A stretch of 63,935 nucleotides of DNA, the filler included, from Choristocarpus tenellus KU-1152 (Eukaryota > Protista > Phaeophyceae), in NCBI GenBank assembly GCA_964200185.2. It is 12 parts of 12 records of this genome, joined end to end, with 100 filler letters (N's around TTAATTAATTAA, not from the genome) between each part and the next. Parts side by side here need not be neighbours in the genome. Positions count along the whole stretch, not along the records: positions 1 to 8,221 come from CAXNAD020004980.1; positions 8,322 to 18,061 come from CAXNAD020003437.1; 10 more parts are not named here. One strand, 5' to 3'. The notes below the pieces were generated by a model. That model had not been told where the DNA came from, did no database searches, and saw only the letters and a list, made by a program, of their open reading frames with translations. How positions within the stretch are numbered: position 1 is the first letter of the stretch; each line of letters begins with the position of its first letter. Below are positions 1-12,749 of the stretch, in pieces. Both the position numbers and the translations under genes were made by a program.

Positions 1-17
1 TGCAGGGCTTGCCATCA

Positions 18-189
18 GGCTCAAAGTATCTGGGGGGGGGGGTAGTGGCTGTCCATTCAGGGTCCATTTTTCAATGTCACGATTTTTGGGTGATTTGGTT
101 GCATGCGTCGGATGGGTAATGTAACCAGATAATCTGAGTGCACTTCTCCCGATCAGGGAAATGGACACCCTGTTGTAGACCCCCCCCCC
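18..189. mobile_element. MITE family A copy (right TIR eroded)
   Basis: Starts GGCTCAAAGTATCTGGGGG. The internal sequence matches the copies at 43389 and 63719. Confidence 0.85.
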
Positions 190-3100
190 ATTGTAACTAA
201 AGTACTGCAACACTGTGACTAAATTGACTGAGATCAATGAATCAAACAATACTCATAGCTATACCAACTGATCCGTCCTCCTGTTCACTTCAAAACCATT
301 TACTGCTTTGATTGACCTCGTAACAATCTACGCTCATTACTGCTGTTTGCATTGGAAATCCCTTAACACTAATAGTTCTAGTTGTACCATTATCATTATT
401 ATTGCATCACATTAGTCACAACTGCACTCACCACACACACAACCCCACACACTATTCTGCACAAGCGGTATTTGCATCCTCCATTATCCACCTAACAAGT
501 AAAGATTACCATGCTCCATAACCATGCATACCTGCAAGCTACCAAAAAGCTACGCGTAATCATTACTGGAACAACAGACTGGTGTGCGTGCAATAGATTC
601 AAAATGACAGGATAATTTGTGTCTCCTTGAGCATACTCCGTATCCTCCTCATTGTTTGAATCGTAGCAACAAGGAGTATCGAGGGGGTGATCCGCCGTTC
701 AATGCATGCTATCAACATGTACTCCCGGATTAGTTTGTCCAAATCCATCAATGACAAAGTGAAACTGCTCTGACCAACAAGAGAAAACTAGCTGCAACCA
801 ATTGAAAAAGAAAAGAGCAATAAAATTTTCACTGGAACAGGGGAAAAAAGAATACAACAAAAAAAATAATAGAAAGTTGGAAAGGTGCCTGCCTGTTCTG
901 TCATAATCACAGTGCACTATTTCATCAGAAAGTAAACATGGCGAGACTGGCCCAGGTTATATGTGTGTCTCAACAGGGGCGGACTGGAGCAGCCACCAAG
1001 ATTGAAATACATACATTATTCACTTGTTTACATGAGTCTGAGAGTTCCCAGACCCATGATCAATGGGTGGTAATAGTCAAAATAAGGCAATGGCAATACA
1101 CACTACTTCAGATACATGGTGACTCCAGGTACTTGACTGTCAAATGTCTATAGTGAAGGAGGAGGTTTCCACCCTTCTTCTATATCTCAAGTGTTTCCTG
1201 TTTCACATTTTTCAACCAATATTCAACCTTGAGTGACATACCCGTAAGGAGATAGCACTAGGTGTAGAGGATATCTGTTTAGACCGTGTCTGAGTATCAG
1301 GGATGGCAAGGACCTGACAGGCAAGCTTGGCAACTATAGCAGCTCTGCGGCATGGTTAAGCCGCCACCTGAGGGTGCCCATATACTCAATAATCCTAGGG
1401 ACTAAAACATATTCAAGGGCAGGGCTCTGTATCAATCCAACTCATCTCATACAGCACTCTCGATACGTTCATGTGAGGTAGGATCGTTCTCATCTTCTGG
1501 GTGATAGGTGATAGGTGATACCCACATTTGCATTTGCATTTGCATTTGCTGCTGCCAAAGAACCTTGGCATTTTGGTTGCTATGTGATGGAGCCACAGGG
1601 AAAGGCTTAGCAGTTGCATATTGAGAAATAACTGCACCCAAAACCTCTTCAGGGTCCTCTATCAAGATGTTTATGGCTGCCTTCTTAACCCTCTTCCACA
1701 CCTTCCTCTGCAAATACTGTACAGCACCTTGTTGTGGTTATCCAGAGTAGTGGCAATAATCTACAGGGGCTTGAAGCCATATAAATGGTTACATCCTGGG
1801 GCCCTCCCTGCCTTTCAAGGGGTCCCTCTTATCCCCCCAACACCTCTAGTCATAAAACATGTGCTGCGTAAGTCATCTACAGAACTTCATTGCCTCCTCT
1901 GAAACATATACTGTGGGGACCAAGAGAGAACGTCTGAAATCTGACCCCTGCAACTTCTTCTATGCCTCCACTATGGACTTAGTCATGTCCACCGAGATCA
2001 TCAGATTTTCCCAGTCAAGGAATGTCAAGCATGAATTTAACCCATTGGTGGTCTCATGAACACTGATAGCCCCCTTTGGGTAGAGAATGTGATCTGTCAT
2101 GCTCCAGGAGACCAACAGCAAGTCAATACACCTTGCAGCACGTCCCATAGTGAAACTTCGACCATTACACACATCTCACTGAGCTGTGCTGACATTTGAC
2201 TGGAGTGAGTACACGTAGTAACTACATTGCTGCAATTCACAATGGTGTGTAATAAAGGCAATCCCTGCTGCTTTCTCAAGGCAGTGCCCTCCACTACCAC
2301 TAGCTCCCTTGACAGCCCCCCTCCTCTCCACCCAGAATCCGCACTTCACCATGGAGGGCTCATAGTCCATGACTAGAGCTGAGGCACCTCCCTCAATGGA
2401 GTGCGCCTTCACTAATGCTTATCCATAATTAGCCAGGTCATCAACTGTACCAAAGAAGTAGTTACATTCCGCAGCAAGTTCAACTCTCGCCCGAGATACC
2501 TGGATGAAGGCTTGAGTCCAAGATGTGTACCTCTTGTTGTCACACAAAGTACACCTTTGGTTGTGGCATTGACCCACTGGTTTTCCAGCATGAGGGCCAC
2601 ACTCCTCTTCAGTTCAGCCCTGATGTCTTCTTATGTAAGTTTAACTTTGCCCCAATGACGCAGAATCTTGACCTTCAAATTGAGGGATCAGATAAGAGCC
2701 TGGAATTGCTAGTTTTGGGCGATCTATGAGGATAGAGGGGAGGGTGACAAATTGGGAGGTGTTAAAATACACATACATGGATTGATGTAAATAAACATGA
2801 GGACACAAAAAATTGCTCACTGATATTTTCCAGGTGTTGTCACAGAGTGTCTCACCTTGAGTCTACATTTCTCTACAAAAAACCATCAAAGATGTCAGGT
2901 GACAGGTTAGTAGTCAATGAGCCATCCATGCTCAGCAGGCAGATGAAAGTATTTCACTCATCCTTGGCCACAAGGAACACCTTCTCATGATTGTGGAAAC
3001 ATGCATACACTGCATGCATGTATGACGCCATCCACTCCACCAATCTCCACACCCACACCAACATCAGACACCAAGGAGATGTCATAATCCGATATCTCAA

Positions 3101-3278
3101 TATAGCAGTCAAGGATGTCAGATAAGGCAATAGAATACCTCACTAGTGGGCAGTCACTGGTCAAGGTAGCTGTCACCTGATATCTTTAAATGTGTGTGGG
3201 CAAAATAAATACAAAATATATTTATTTGATCACACAGACATTATGCAACATACTGAGCGTACAATCTTAGTACTTCTG

Positions 3279-3343
3279 GGTATGATGAAGTATGATGAAG
3301 TATGATGAAGTATGATGAATTATGATGAAGTATGATGAATTAT
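3279..3343 (+). repeat. 10-bp tandem repeat (GTATGATGAA)n
   Basis: About 6 visible copies. Confidence 0.9.
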
Positions 3344-4697
3344 GTCAAGTACTATGTAAACACATACTTGTGCATGGGGCATGTGTGAGGAGGAAAACTC
3401 ACCAAAAGTGGTTGGGATGTTTACAATGAACTAGCAAAGATGGGTCAGTCACAAAGTGAAGTCCTCTGCTTTAAAGTTTTGATTAAGCAGGCTAATTTAT
3501 ATTTTACCATCTTGCCCTCCTGACACATTTCTAAGAACTTCCCTGTGCCCTTCCAGAGCACAGCCACACAACGTTTTGCACCAGAAGATTAGCACAACCC
3601 ATGGGTTTCCACATATGCAGGCATTCCTAGTGGGCAAGGCTCTCAGTCACACTCCCTAAGTTAGGTTACTACAGATTTGACAAATCGCCTCACCACATGG
3701 ATCATCACTTACTATCTCCCACAAACACTTCGGGATTACTCATGACACAGTGTAAGAAGAGCAGATCTAAAACAAAATTAGACCTCATACCAAAGTACAC
3801 TCAATCCAAGATCTACAAAAGATCTATAAAACCAAAAACCACCAACAAACAAGAAAATACTGTATGAAATGAATTTGACTAGAGCTACATAAGCTTACAG
3901 GGAACTTCCCTACTATATCATTACCTCCCATGCAACTCTCAACTATGCAACGATCATCAGCACCCACATGACGGCACACACAACCCTCTCCTCACGGCTT
4001 CATGCACCTATGTGCTATTCAGTTAATAAGCAGATCAGTCCTTTGGGCTGAAAATGTGTTGCTGCTATCTCACATGTTTCCACTTGACTAGTACCCTAAC
4101 TCTATCGGCATGAGGTACAACACACTGGAAATGTACCTCCTCTGTGCTTTCACCTACCACAATGCAGGCTCAAAAGAGTAACCCCTTCTCCCGATGTGAT
4201 TCTTCATGGCAGCTCTCGAATCCTATATGCCAGCCCACAAACATCAGCAGGAAATACTTACGGCTACATCTCCTTGACCATGGCCACCCTCTTCTCTTCA
4301 ACCAGCCTGGTGAAGGATGTCATGTCTCCATCACATACATGTTTTGCCACGTCTGCACCGACAAAAACTACCCCTGCCTCCTCAGCACACCTCTTTGTTT
4401 CAGATACATAGTCTTCACTCTCCTGTCAAGATATTTTAGAGTCAAGGTACACAAAAGAAGTTCACTGCGTTAACACTACTGCAGGAAGAGTACAGTGTTG
4501 GTTGGGGCTTGCACGGCGCTTAGCACATCAAGATACATACTATCGGCAACAAGTAAAAGATACATACTCCAGAGCACAATGAAGTACTACATCGAGTAGC
4601 TCCCGGGACAGGTGAAATTTTTGGCAGTTCCACAGGAATTACAGCAACCTCGAGTGTTGGCACGGCACAGGTCATACGCCAGGCACAGGCCAGGCAC

Positions 4698-5118
4698 TAG
4701 CGTTGTGAATCTGAACAGTTAAATCAGCTTCAGATCGATTGATCGGAAAATCTGAACAACTGAACTGAAAATTTCGGTCGTATCGTTTTTTTTTCATCAA
4801 AGTACAATCAAAAGAGTAACTACTGAACAAGTCAAAGTTCACAGAAGAACCACTTAATAGTAGTATTTGTCACAATGTATCACTACCTACCACTCACTAC
4901 ACATTTCACTGTTAATGGCTTCAGATCTGCCTGCCAAGATCAGTGAAGGCTTTGGAGTTCTTGCCTCACGGCACCACATGACACACAGTGACCGGTGAAT
5001 ATTTCACACGCACTGCCTCGTGCGCCCACAGCTTAATTCAATTTGTTTCAATTCAATCAAAATCGGTTTTTTCCCCTAGCCAATTTAATCATTGGTGCAA
5101 TTTCTTTGGGGTCACAAT
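4698..5118. mobile_element. Dispersed repeat, probable hAT-like MITE (second copy ~63100-63539)
   Basis: Shares a ~250-nt body with 63285-63535 (ctcactacacatttc.ctgtt.atggctt.agatctgcctgc...). Termini are approximately TAGCGTTGTGA...TCACAA(C/T)A. Confidence 0.6.
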
Positions 5119-5487
5119 ATCATCAGACACCCTCCTTAACCTGTGCTTTCAGTGGAGGGCTTCAAAATGGTGAACTTACTCTGTGCATAGCAACCTACGC
5201 TATTCTGCAGGTACCACGCCAAAACAGAACAGGTTTATGCTCGTGGCACATAAACCGTCTTCTCTGAAGATGATTGATTATGCATAGGCCAAGCACATCA
5301 CTACCAAATGCCACTGCACTTGTGCAAGGCAACACAGTTGCCTTGAATGAAAGTGCAACCATCACCAACTCTTCTTTTCAATGAAAACGTTATGAAGGCC
5401 AAAACATTTAGTTTCCTCCTGGCAATATGAGTTTCCCTCCACAACTAAGAAGTGTTCAAAAACATCAATCATACACCATCACATAAA

Positions 5488-5522
<35 letters not shown>

Positions 5523-6174
5523 ATGGGTTGCAGGGTACACCCAAGAATGTCAATTTTATAGGAGTTGCCAACTCAATATTGGTGCAAAAGAATGTAAAGG
5601 CACAAGTAAATCAAAATGAACTCTTCATTTGTGTATGGTCCCACCTCATCCTCGGTCAGCAAAACCAGCATTTGAGCAAACAGGAACTTAGCATGACCAG
5701 CCAGCCTGGCAGGGTTAGAAATGTCCTTGAGGCTAAACTCATGGATATTCAAATTCTCCACATTTTCTAGACTCTCATGGAGTTCCGAAGCTCTTAGGAT
5801 AGGGAATTGCAAGCAGTCAAGTAGGGATAGAGGTGAGATACCCATCCATTTCATGAGAACCATCACACACAAGGGGTGAAAAGCAGGGTGAAATAGTTTC
5901 CCCATCAGCTCAAAGATTTAGCGTGGATGAGGAAGAACACCAGGTCAGGAAGGCATTTCTTAAGGCTTCACAGTGGGCAGTATAAAACAGGTAGACTAAC
6001 TCAGAATATGGGTTTTGCAAGACCCACAATACACAAAAAAAAATCTGATACCATCTTGGAGCTTGCCCCACAAACTGCCCAAACAGGGGAAGAATTTCAT
6101 CTACTGCCCACAATCTCCAATTCTATAGAAAATCATTGCAGCTCTCTAATGCTGTTAACGACATAGAACCACAC

Positions 6175-7656
6175 CTTCGGTCCCAGATAACATATAGTCC
6201 TGAGACTAATAAACCCGCAGCATGCTTTTGAAGGGCATTCAAGAAGTTTGCCTCACGTTCATTTGCCCCCACCACCACCACACGCATGAGAATATCTGAG
6301 CCATCTGTCTTTTTCCCATCCCCCACGGATGATCCCTTTTTCCTACTTTTTCTGGCAAATCCAGTGTAGAGTTCACGGACCGAAGCAGGTGGAAGATCAA
6401 ATGCACCCTTGTACCTGGGAGAAGGGAGTAGTAGGGGATGGGGGGCAGACGTATCACATTTCAGCACTGTAACACGAAGGTTGTGTACCATGCATGCTAT
6501 TTGAAAAGTCTCCCTGAGTCCTGTGGGGCTCGGAGAAAGTCCAATGAGGTGCTTGATGAAGGAGGAGTGAAGAGAGAGAGAGAGAGAGAGAGGGAGGGAG
6601 AGATATCTGGCATGGAGACAGAATGAACTTACAACAGACTTGAATCCCATATTTCTGTCTGGGGAATCCCACTTTATATCTAAATATGCTACCACGATTC
6701 ATACTATGCTTCCCCATGGCCCTAAACCACGATAGTACAAAAAGGTGTGTACCAATGCAAGCATGCACACAGTGCAGCACAAGTCTGAGTGGATGCCCTT
6801 TCGAATCATTACCATCTAGTCTCGTCAAGCTAAAATCAAGGACTAACACTCCAAGTCTATTTCGTTCTTGTGATCACCCCTAGAGTTCAAAAGCATCATG
6901 GAGAAAGGTGTGCTCACTCAAGGCATATGGGACTCGGCTCTGGAGTCCTCTTGAAAAGTGTGGGCGCGGCATCCATTCTCTCCCGATACTTGGCAACCTC
7001 GACTGGATCATCACCCGCTCTCTCCTAAATATCGGATTGGTATGACCAATTCAATAAGCAAGACATGCGGATGGAGGTCACCTCGAAAGCCGTGCTCATT
7101 GGTGGTTGCAACCGCACAGGTGTGTGACAAGATGCAATGAAAACTTGAAGATGGGATCGGATCCGCATTTAGTCCAGGAATCAAACTTGAGAGGCCCTAG
7201 TCATCCATATACTAGTATGTCATTTATGAAGCACAAGAACAACCCCATATCCTCCCCTCTTAAAAATCATCAATCCAACACCAAGACTTTCAGGGGGAAG
7301 GTATGTCTCCCATGTCCTGAGTTGTAGGGTACAACGAATACACAAATTCCTGACAACTGCTCGCGAGTACAGAAGCCTGGCAATGGCGAACTCTTATCTA
7401 ACATGTACTCGCTCACCCCATCCTTTGTTATATCAGATTCTCCTTCGTCCCGTACCTCCATGGAATCAACGGGTTCGCTGGGCGCGGTTAGCAGTTTCGT
7501 GCTCCATCGATCTAGAACTCCTTTTGTAAAAGGATAGTTATGGAATTGACGTTGGACAGCAAGACGGGGTACAATAAGCGATTGGCACAACCCTGCTGAG
7601 CACAGGAGAGCGAAGATTGCTCTAGGATTTCCCATACTCCATTTGCCAGCACTCAT
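6175..7656 (-). CDS. Host gene, first three exons (7417-7656, 6918-7024, 6175-6414). N-terminal signal peptide, possibly plastid-targeted; function unknown.
   Basis: Canonical GT-AG sites with matching phases: ...ITKDG|ERAGDDPVEVAKYRERMDAAPTLFKRTPEPSPICL-E|YKGAFDLPPASVRELYTGF...IWDR. Hydrophobic N-terminus AIFALLCSAGLCQS. Confidence 0.7.
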
Positions 7657-8116
7657 GATCATGTGAGTGTGTGAGTCACATGACAACAAGATAAACCACA
7701 CAACAGTAGGTAGTAGTTGCAGGACCTAACTAAAAACCAACTCAGGCAAACATTTCCACCACTGGGGGTGTAAACGTACTTTTTATAAACCACAATTGGT
7801 CGACTATAAATTTGTGGTCTCTTTTGTTTTCTGTTGATAACGAATTTCTGAATTCATTAATTACCCACTTCCCAAATACAAACGAAACTAGAAATGTATC
7901 CAACTTTATTCAGGTCCATACCATTACATGTCACTCCAAACACTTAATTCCACTCCTTTCCAAACCCACACCAACCTCTTTTTCCACCAAACCTTCAACA
8001 TCATTCCTTTTATTTATTTGTGCTGCAACCAACAACCCACCAACACCGCCAAATCCATGTTGCCATCACCCTATCCACTCCCAAAACAAAGTTACTGCTA
8101 TCACCATATCCACTCT

Positions 8117-8221
8117 GACCCAAAGTATCTGGGGGGGGGGGGGGTCAACACCAGGGTGTCCATTTGGACCATAAGTAGGAAAAGTGCACTTACATTATCC
8201 ATCCGACGTATGAAACCCAAC
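8117..8221. mobile_element. MITE family A, cut by gap. Other partial copies: 18031-18061, 18162-18176, 21080-21149, 36200-36358, 43945-43995, 47226-47261, 50155-50207, 58892-58963.
   Basis: GACCCAAAGTATCTGGGGG terminus or the CCCCCAGATACTTTG mirror, plus the shared body. Confidence 0.85.
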
Positions 8222-8320
8222 NNNNNNNNNNNNNNNNNNNNNNNNNNNNNNNNNNNNNNNNNNNNTTAATTAATTAANNNNNNNNNNNNNNNNNNNNNNN
8301 NNNNNNNNNNNNNNNNNNNN
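8222..8320. other. Artificial assembly linker (N-run + TTAATTAATTAA + N-run). It recurs at about 18062, 20980, 24723, 32137, 36100, 38807, 42040, 47262, 50055 and 58792.
   Basis: The same ~100-nt block with a palindromic six-frame stop linker occurs 11 times. Confidence 0.97.
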
Positions 8321-8404
8321 NATCACACAGCGAACTCGCATCACTGACGCAAGTACGTGTCCAGAATACGTCTCTTGTCTGTGCACCACCACTGCGGCAC
8401 CCCT

Positions 8405-8494
8405 GATTCATATTCAAAAGATTCATATTCAAAAGATTCATATTCAAAAGATTCATATTCAAAAGATTCATATTCAAAAGATTCATATTCAAAA
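8405..8494 (+). repeat. 15-bp tandem repeat (GATTCATATTCAAAA) x6
   Basis: Perfect tandem copies. Confidence 0.95.
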
Positions 8495-8699
8495 GTCCGC
8501 TCCGCAGCCCTCAATACATACCTCTACGCATTAGTAAAAAAATATATATATCATTAAAAAAAAAACAAGACGAAAAAGGTTTTATAAAATACCACTGAAT
8601 AAGAAAAAATAAGTTCTCTCCAAGTCTGAAAAAAAAAAATGTTGATATGGAAAGTGGACACCCCAAGCAAGACAAGAGGTACATACGACGGAAAGAAGA

Positions 8700-9520
8700 T
8701 GGATAGCTCCGCAGCCAATAGAACTGACTCTATTCCCAATAAAAAAAAAGATGAACTCAGCAGCCAATAGAACTGACTCTATTCCCAATTAAAAAAATAG
8801 ATAACTCAGCAGCCAACAGAACTGACTCTATTCCCAATAAAAAAAAGATAACTCAGCAGTCAATAGAACTGACTCTGTTCCCAATTTTAAAAAATAGATA
8901 ACTCAGCAGCCAATAGAACTGACTCTATTCCCAATAAAATAAAATAGATAACTCAGCAGCCAACAGAACTGACTCTATTCCCAATTTAAAAAATAGATAA
9001 CTCCGCAGCCAACAGAACTGACTCTATTCCCAGTTAAAAAATAGATAACTCAGCAGCCAATAGAACTGACTCTATTCCCAATTAAAAAAATAGATAACTC
9101 AGCAGCCAATAGAACTGACTCTATTCCCAATTAAAAAAATAGATAACTCTGCAGTCAATAGAACTGACTCTATTCCCAATTTAAAAAATAGATAACTCCG
9201 TAGCCAATAGAACTGACTCTATTCTCAATAAAAAAATAGATAACTCCGTAGCCAATAGAACTGACTCTATTCTCAATAAAAAAATAGATAACAACTCCGC
9301 AGCCAACAGAACTGACTCTATTCCCAATTAAAAAAATAGATAACTCTGCAGTCAATAGAACCGACTCTATTCCCAATTTAAAAAATAGATAACTCTGCAG
9401 TCAATAGAACCGACTCTATTCCCAATCTAAAAAATAGATAACAACTCCACAGTAACAGAACCGACTCTATTCCCAATAAAAAAATATAGAAAACTCAGCA
9501 GTCAATAGAACCGACTCTTA
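8700..9520 (+). repeat. ~49-bp minisatellite, about 17 units
   Basis: Unit is approximately AATAGAACTGACTCTATTCCCAATTAAAAAAATAGATAACTCAGCAGCC. There are no unique spacers. Confidence 0.95.
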
Positions 9521-9544
9521 TCTATTCCCGCCCCCGGTGCTCAC

Positions 9545-9750
9545 TCTGTGGGCCACATATTGCTCTCGTGCTTCACCAACAGCTTCCACAACCGATAAAT
9601 CCGCAGGTAGAATGTCCCTATGTGGAGGGTGAGAGTCCCCCACGCTATGAACACATCCAAGTTACACTTCGCTAACAAGTCTTCTGGCTCCCTGCTCCAG
9701 AAGCCCCAGGTCAGGGAAATCGCCACCGACCAAAGCACCCCTGTCACACC
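9545..9750 (-). CDS. Internal exon of a probable 7-transmembrane (GPCR-like or 7TM-RGS-like) protein
   Basis: cag|GGT...ACAGA|gtgag boundaries. GVTGVLWSVAISLTWGFW...AKCNLDVFIAWGTLTLHIGTFYLRIYRLWKLL gives two TM helices, a Cys, and a TM3-end RIYRLW motif like class C/7TM-RGS receptors. Confidence 0.6.
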
Positions 9751-9840
9751 CTGCGCATATAATTTTTTATTTTGCATTTTCCCCCACCGCACAGCACCGC
9801 CAATGGACATTTTTCAAAAATGAGAACGATAAATATAAAA

Positions 9841-10150
9841 ATGTATGTATGTATGTATGTATGTATGTATGTGTGTATATATATTTATATATATATTTGT
9901 TATGCATCTATGTACGTATCTGTGTATGTATGTATTCATGTATATATTTATGTATTTATTTATGTACGTACGTATATATGTAATTATGTATGCATCATTT
10001 CATCATGAATGTGTACGTACACTACATTATTACACCTGATGTATGTATTGAAAAGCATATTCTCGAAACGATTTTTGTATCAAAACTCAATATCAATCTT
10101 TGAGAAAAAAAAAAAAAAAAAAAAAAAAGAACTACAATAAAAAGAAGACA

Positions 10151-10192
<42 letters not shown>
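9841..10192 (+). repeat. (TATG)n-type microsatellite and poly-A tracts
   Basis: Low-complexity sequence seen directly. Confidence 0.9.
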
Positions 10193-10196
<4 letters not shown>

Positions 10197-11129
10197 TACT
10201 ACTGTATCGCGGTGCCACAAAAAGAAAAAAAAACATGCATGTTGTACCGATCGATCAACACATCAAAAAATAATTTAAAAAAAAGAACGAGCGGTGTAGA
10301 GGTTTACTTCGAAGCCACAAGGACATCAACAAAAAGCAACAAGACAAGCGTGTACTAAACCTGCTGATTAGGGATAGCACCAACCGGTTGCTCTACTCCA
10401 GGGGGCATGACTATGACTAGAATACATTGGTAGTTATACTGAGGGCGTGCATGGCCTGGGGGGGCAAGAAGGATCACGCTCATCCTTAGGTACATTCTAC
10501 ATAGTACTGGCGAGAACAGAGAGGGTCTATGACCAAACCTTCACCTTTCGTTCGTGAATTAGGATCGTTGGTGCTAGAGATTGAAGTGTAAGAAAATAGA
10601 CGGGGGGGGGGGTAATCGAGATAAACACGATGCTGTCCTAAGGAATAGGAAGTAAATTTTTCCTCTCCGGTAAAAAACTGGTCTTCAAGGAGGATGTCCA
10701 ACAACATCACAATGAGAATAAAAAAATATATATATATATATATGATTGGGTACGTAGACTGTGTGAGTACGGTACAGACAAAAAAAATAACAAAAAAATA
10801 ACAAAAAAATGAATATACTTTTTAACCCCCCTCAGAATCCCTGCAACAGCTGTTACATGTGCGATTCCAGCTTGTTTTTTATTTATTTTTGTACGCTTAG
10901 AGGGTTATCAGAGATCTTGCCACAGGGTACAGTGCAACACTATGTCGAGGAGAGGTCCTTCCAATGAACATACAGATGTGTGTGCGTGTGTCTGTGTGTG
11001 TGCGTGTTGAATTAAAGACAAAATTTAAAACTAAGAATTACGATGTTAAACTAACTCTTTTTACGTCCCACTCTTCTTTCGAGTATTCGAACGGTTGGCG
11101 TTCGAATTTGAACGTACAAGGAGGAAGCA

Positions 11130-11250
11130 AAAACGGAAATCATAAAACGAAAACAACATACGAACTTGTACAAGTTTAAAAACGGAAATCATAAAACGAA
11201 AACAATATATGAACTTGTACAAGTTTAAAAACGGAAATCATAAAACAAGT
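11130..11250 (+). repeat. ~48-bp tandem repeat, about 2.5 copies
   Basis: AAAACGGAAATCATAAAACGAAAACAA..TA.GAACTTGTACAAGTTT is repeated. Confidence 0.85.
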
Positions 11251-11904
11251 TACGAGCGAGTTCAAAAACGCCTGGCCTGCATCAAAGAAAAAATAACAGT
11301 TCCGCTAGGGCTTTGCTTTAGGCATCAAAGAACGCCTCTTACAAAACTACTGAACGTTACAGAAAAAAAATATACTGGCACTCTCCCCTTGGTACGTATG
11401 ATGCAGGGCGTTTTTCAGCAATTTGGGTTTGTCACTGAGGCGGTCCAGTAACATGATATCTTTTTCTAAACACACGCACACACACACATACAAGACCTCG
11501 TGGCAAACTACATGACAACTGCAGTTAAAAAAAAAAGGTAAAAGGTAAAAGGTCCAAACGCCTGCCAATCACTACACTTGCAGTGCAATGCCGCAGGGCG
11601 TAATCACCAACTCCTCTTTAGCAAAGGGCACGCTCTTTAGGCAATCAATTCCCCCCTCCCTCCCCCCCAGGTGTTACAAACCACACTAATTTTCACCCCG
11701 TATCATCAAGCGACCAGCATCGAGACACGAATCAGTAGTGCGCGCTCAAATCTTCGTCGGCTGTTTCATCTCAGAAGGGAGAGAGAGACCAAATTACCAA
11801 AATGATTTTGTTTGTTTTTTTGGAGGGAGGGGGGGGGGGGGGGTGGTTGTTTTACTTGCTCGGCGAGGGGAGTACGAGGATCCTAAGGACTTTAGGTGTG
11901 GTGT

Positions 11905-11937
<33 letters not shown>

Positions 11938-12117
11938 GCTTGTTTTACTTGCTCGAGAGGCTCCGAAAAAGGGAATGAGGGAAGGAGGAGACCCTGTTTT
12001 GCACAAGAGCAGAGGGTGAGGCATTACACGTACCAAAACGTTTTGGGAATCGAAAAGCGCACGGTGCTCTGGAAGAGAAGAAATAAAAAGAATGTCGCAA
12101 AAAAAAAAATCCTTCAC

Positions 12118-12317
12118 CTCTCGTGCATGTATACATTGGAAAAATCCTTTCCTTCCGGAAACTTTCTTTTTCGCATTCCACGAGTCAGGGACGACATCTC
12201 GTAACGAGGAGAACGTTCAAGGAACAAAAAGTTTTCGCTTTCACTTTGCTCCTGAATCAAGTCGGCATATGCATCAGAAGCATCGCCTGAACTTTCTTTG
12301 GTGTCACTAATATAGTG
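12118..12317 (-). CDS. Possible host exon of unknown function
   Basis: Open frame HYISDTKESSGDASDAYADLIQEQ...NVYMHER ending at AG|gtgaag. CpG is retained. Confidence 0.3.
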
Positions 12318-12749
12318 CTACTTGCTGTAATCCTGAAAAAAGGGTCGGGAAGTGGGAGGGACACGGTACGTTACCAACTTGAGGCACAGTACAGTACAGT
12401 ACTGGTCCAGATACAGTACGGTACCAATGCACAGGTATGGTACCTAAAGGTTCAAGTACAAAATAGTACTACACCCTACACGAAGAGCGCAACACATACC
12501 CCATCTTCATACCTCAGAACGCAAGGGAGGATTGCCATTCAAATGTACATCATACAACATAGGAACAGTACTCCTCAGTGCTGGGGTAGCAGGAAGGTAC
12601 TGTAGCAGGCAATGGGAGAACGGTTCAACAGTGGTAGGTGTTGCCACTCCCATAGATGTATGAAGAAATCACATTCACTATCAACACCGAGTAAGCTAGA
12701 ACAAAGAGCAACCATACATAGCCTAGAGACAACGGAAAATTACTAGAGT

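Larger units (their letters stand above)
1230..6120 (-). pseudogene. Degenerate, fragmented KDZ-like (HMGXB3/CxC-type) transposase remnants
   Basis: Stop-ridden minus-strand segments resemble KDZ motifs: 'ALRNAFLTWC...SPLVCDGSHEMDG' (~5830-5970), 'SWSMTDHILYPKGAISVHETT...ENLMISVDM' (~1980-2110, like C.H...Y.K...ES..D...D) and 'QRKVWKRVKKAAINIL..EDP/RFWVQLFLNM' (~1620-1710). Recognised by eye only. Confidence 0.4.

Noticed and set aside
8266-8277. Recurrent TTAATTAATTAA palindrome
   Set aside because: Always embedded in N-runs; it is an artificial stop-codon linker.
8700-9520. CRISPR-like array (regular ~49-bp period with palindromic repeat)
   Set aside because: The inter-repeat sequence is itself repeated, so there are no unique spacers. 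No cas genes are present and the context is eukaryotic.
9772-10039. MYVC-repeat ORFs
   Set aside because: They are translations of the (TATG)n microsatellite.
11738-12204. Gly/Pro-rich ORFs
   Set aside because: They arise from poly-G homopolymer tracts.
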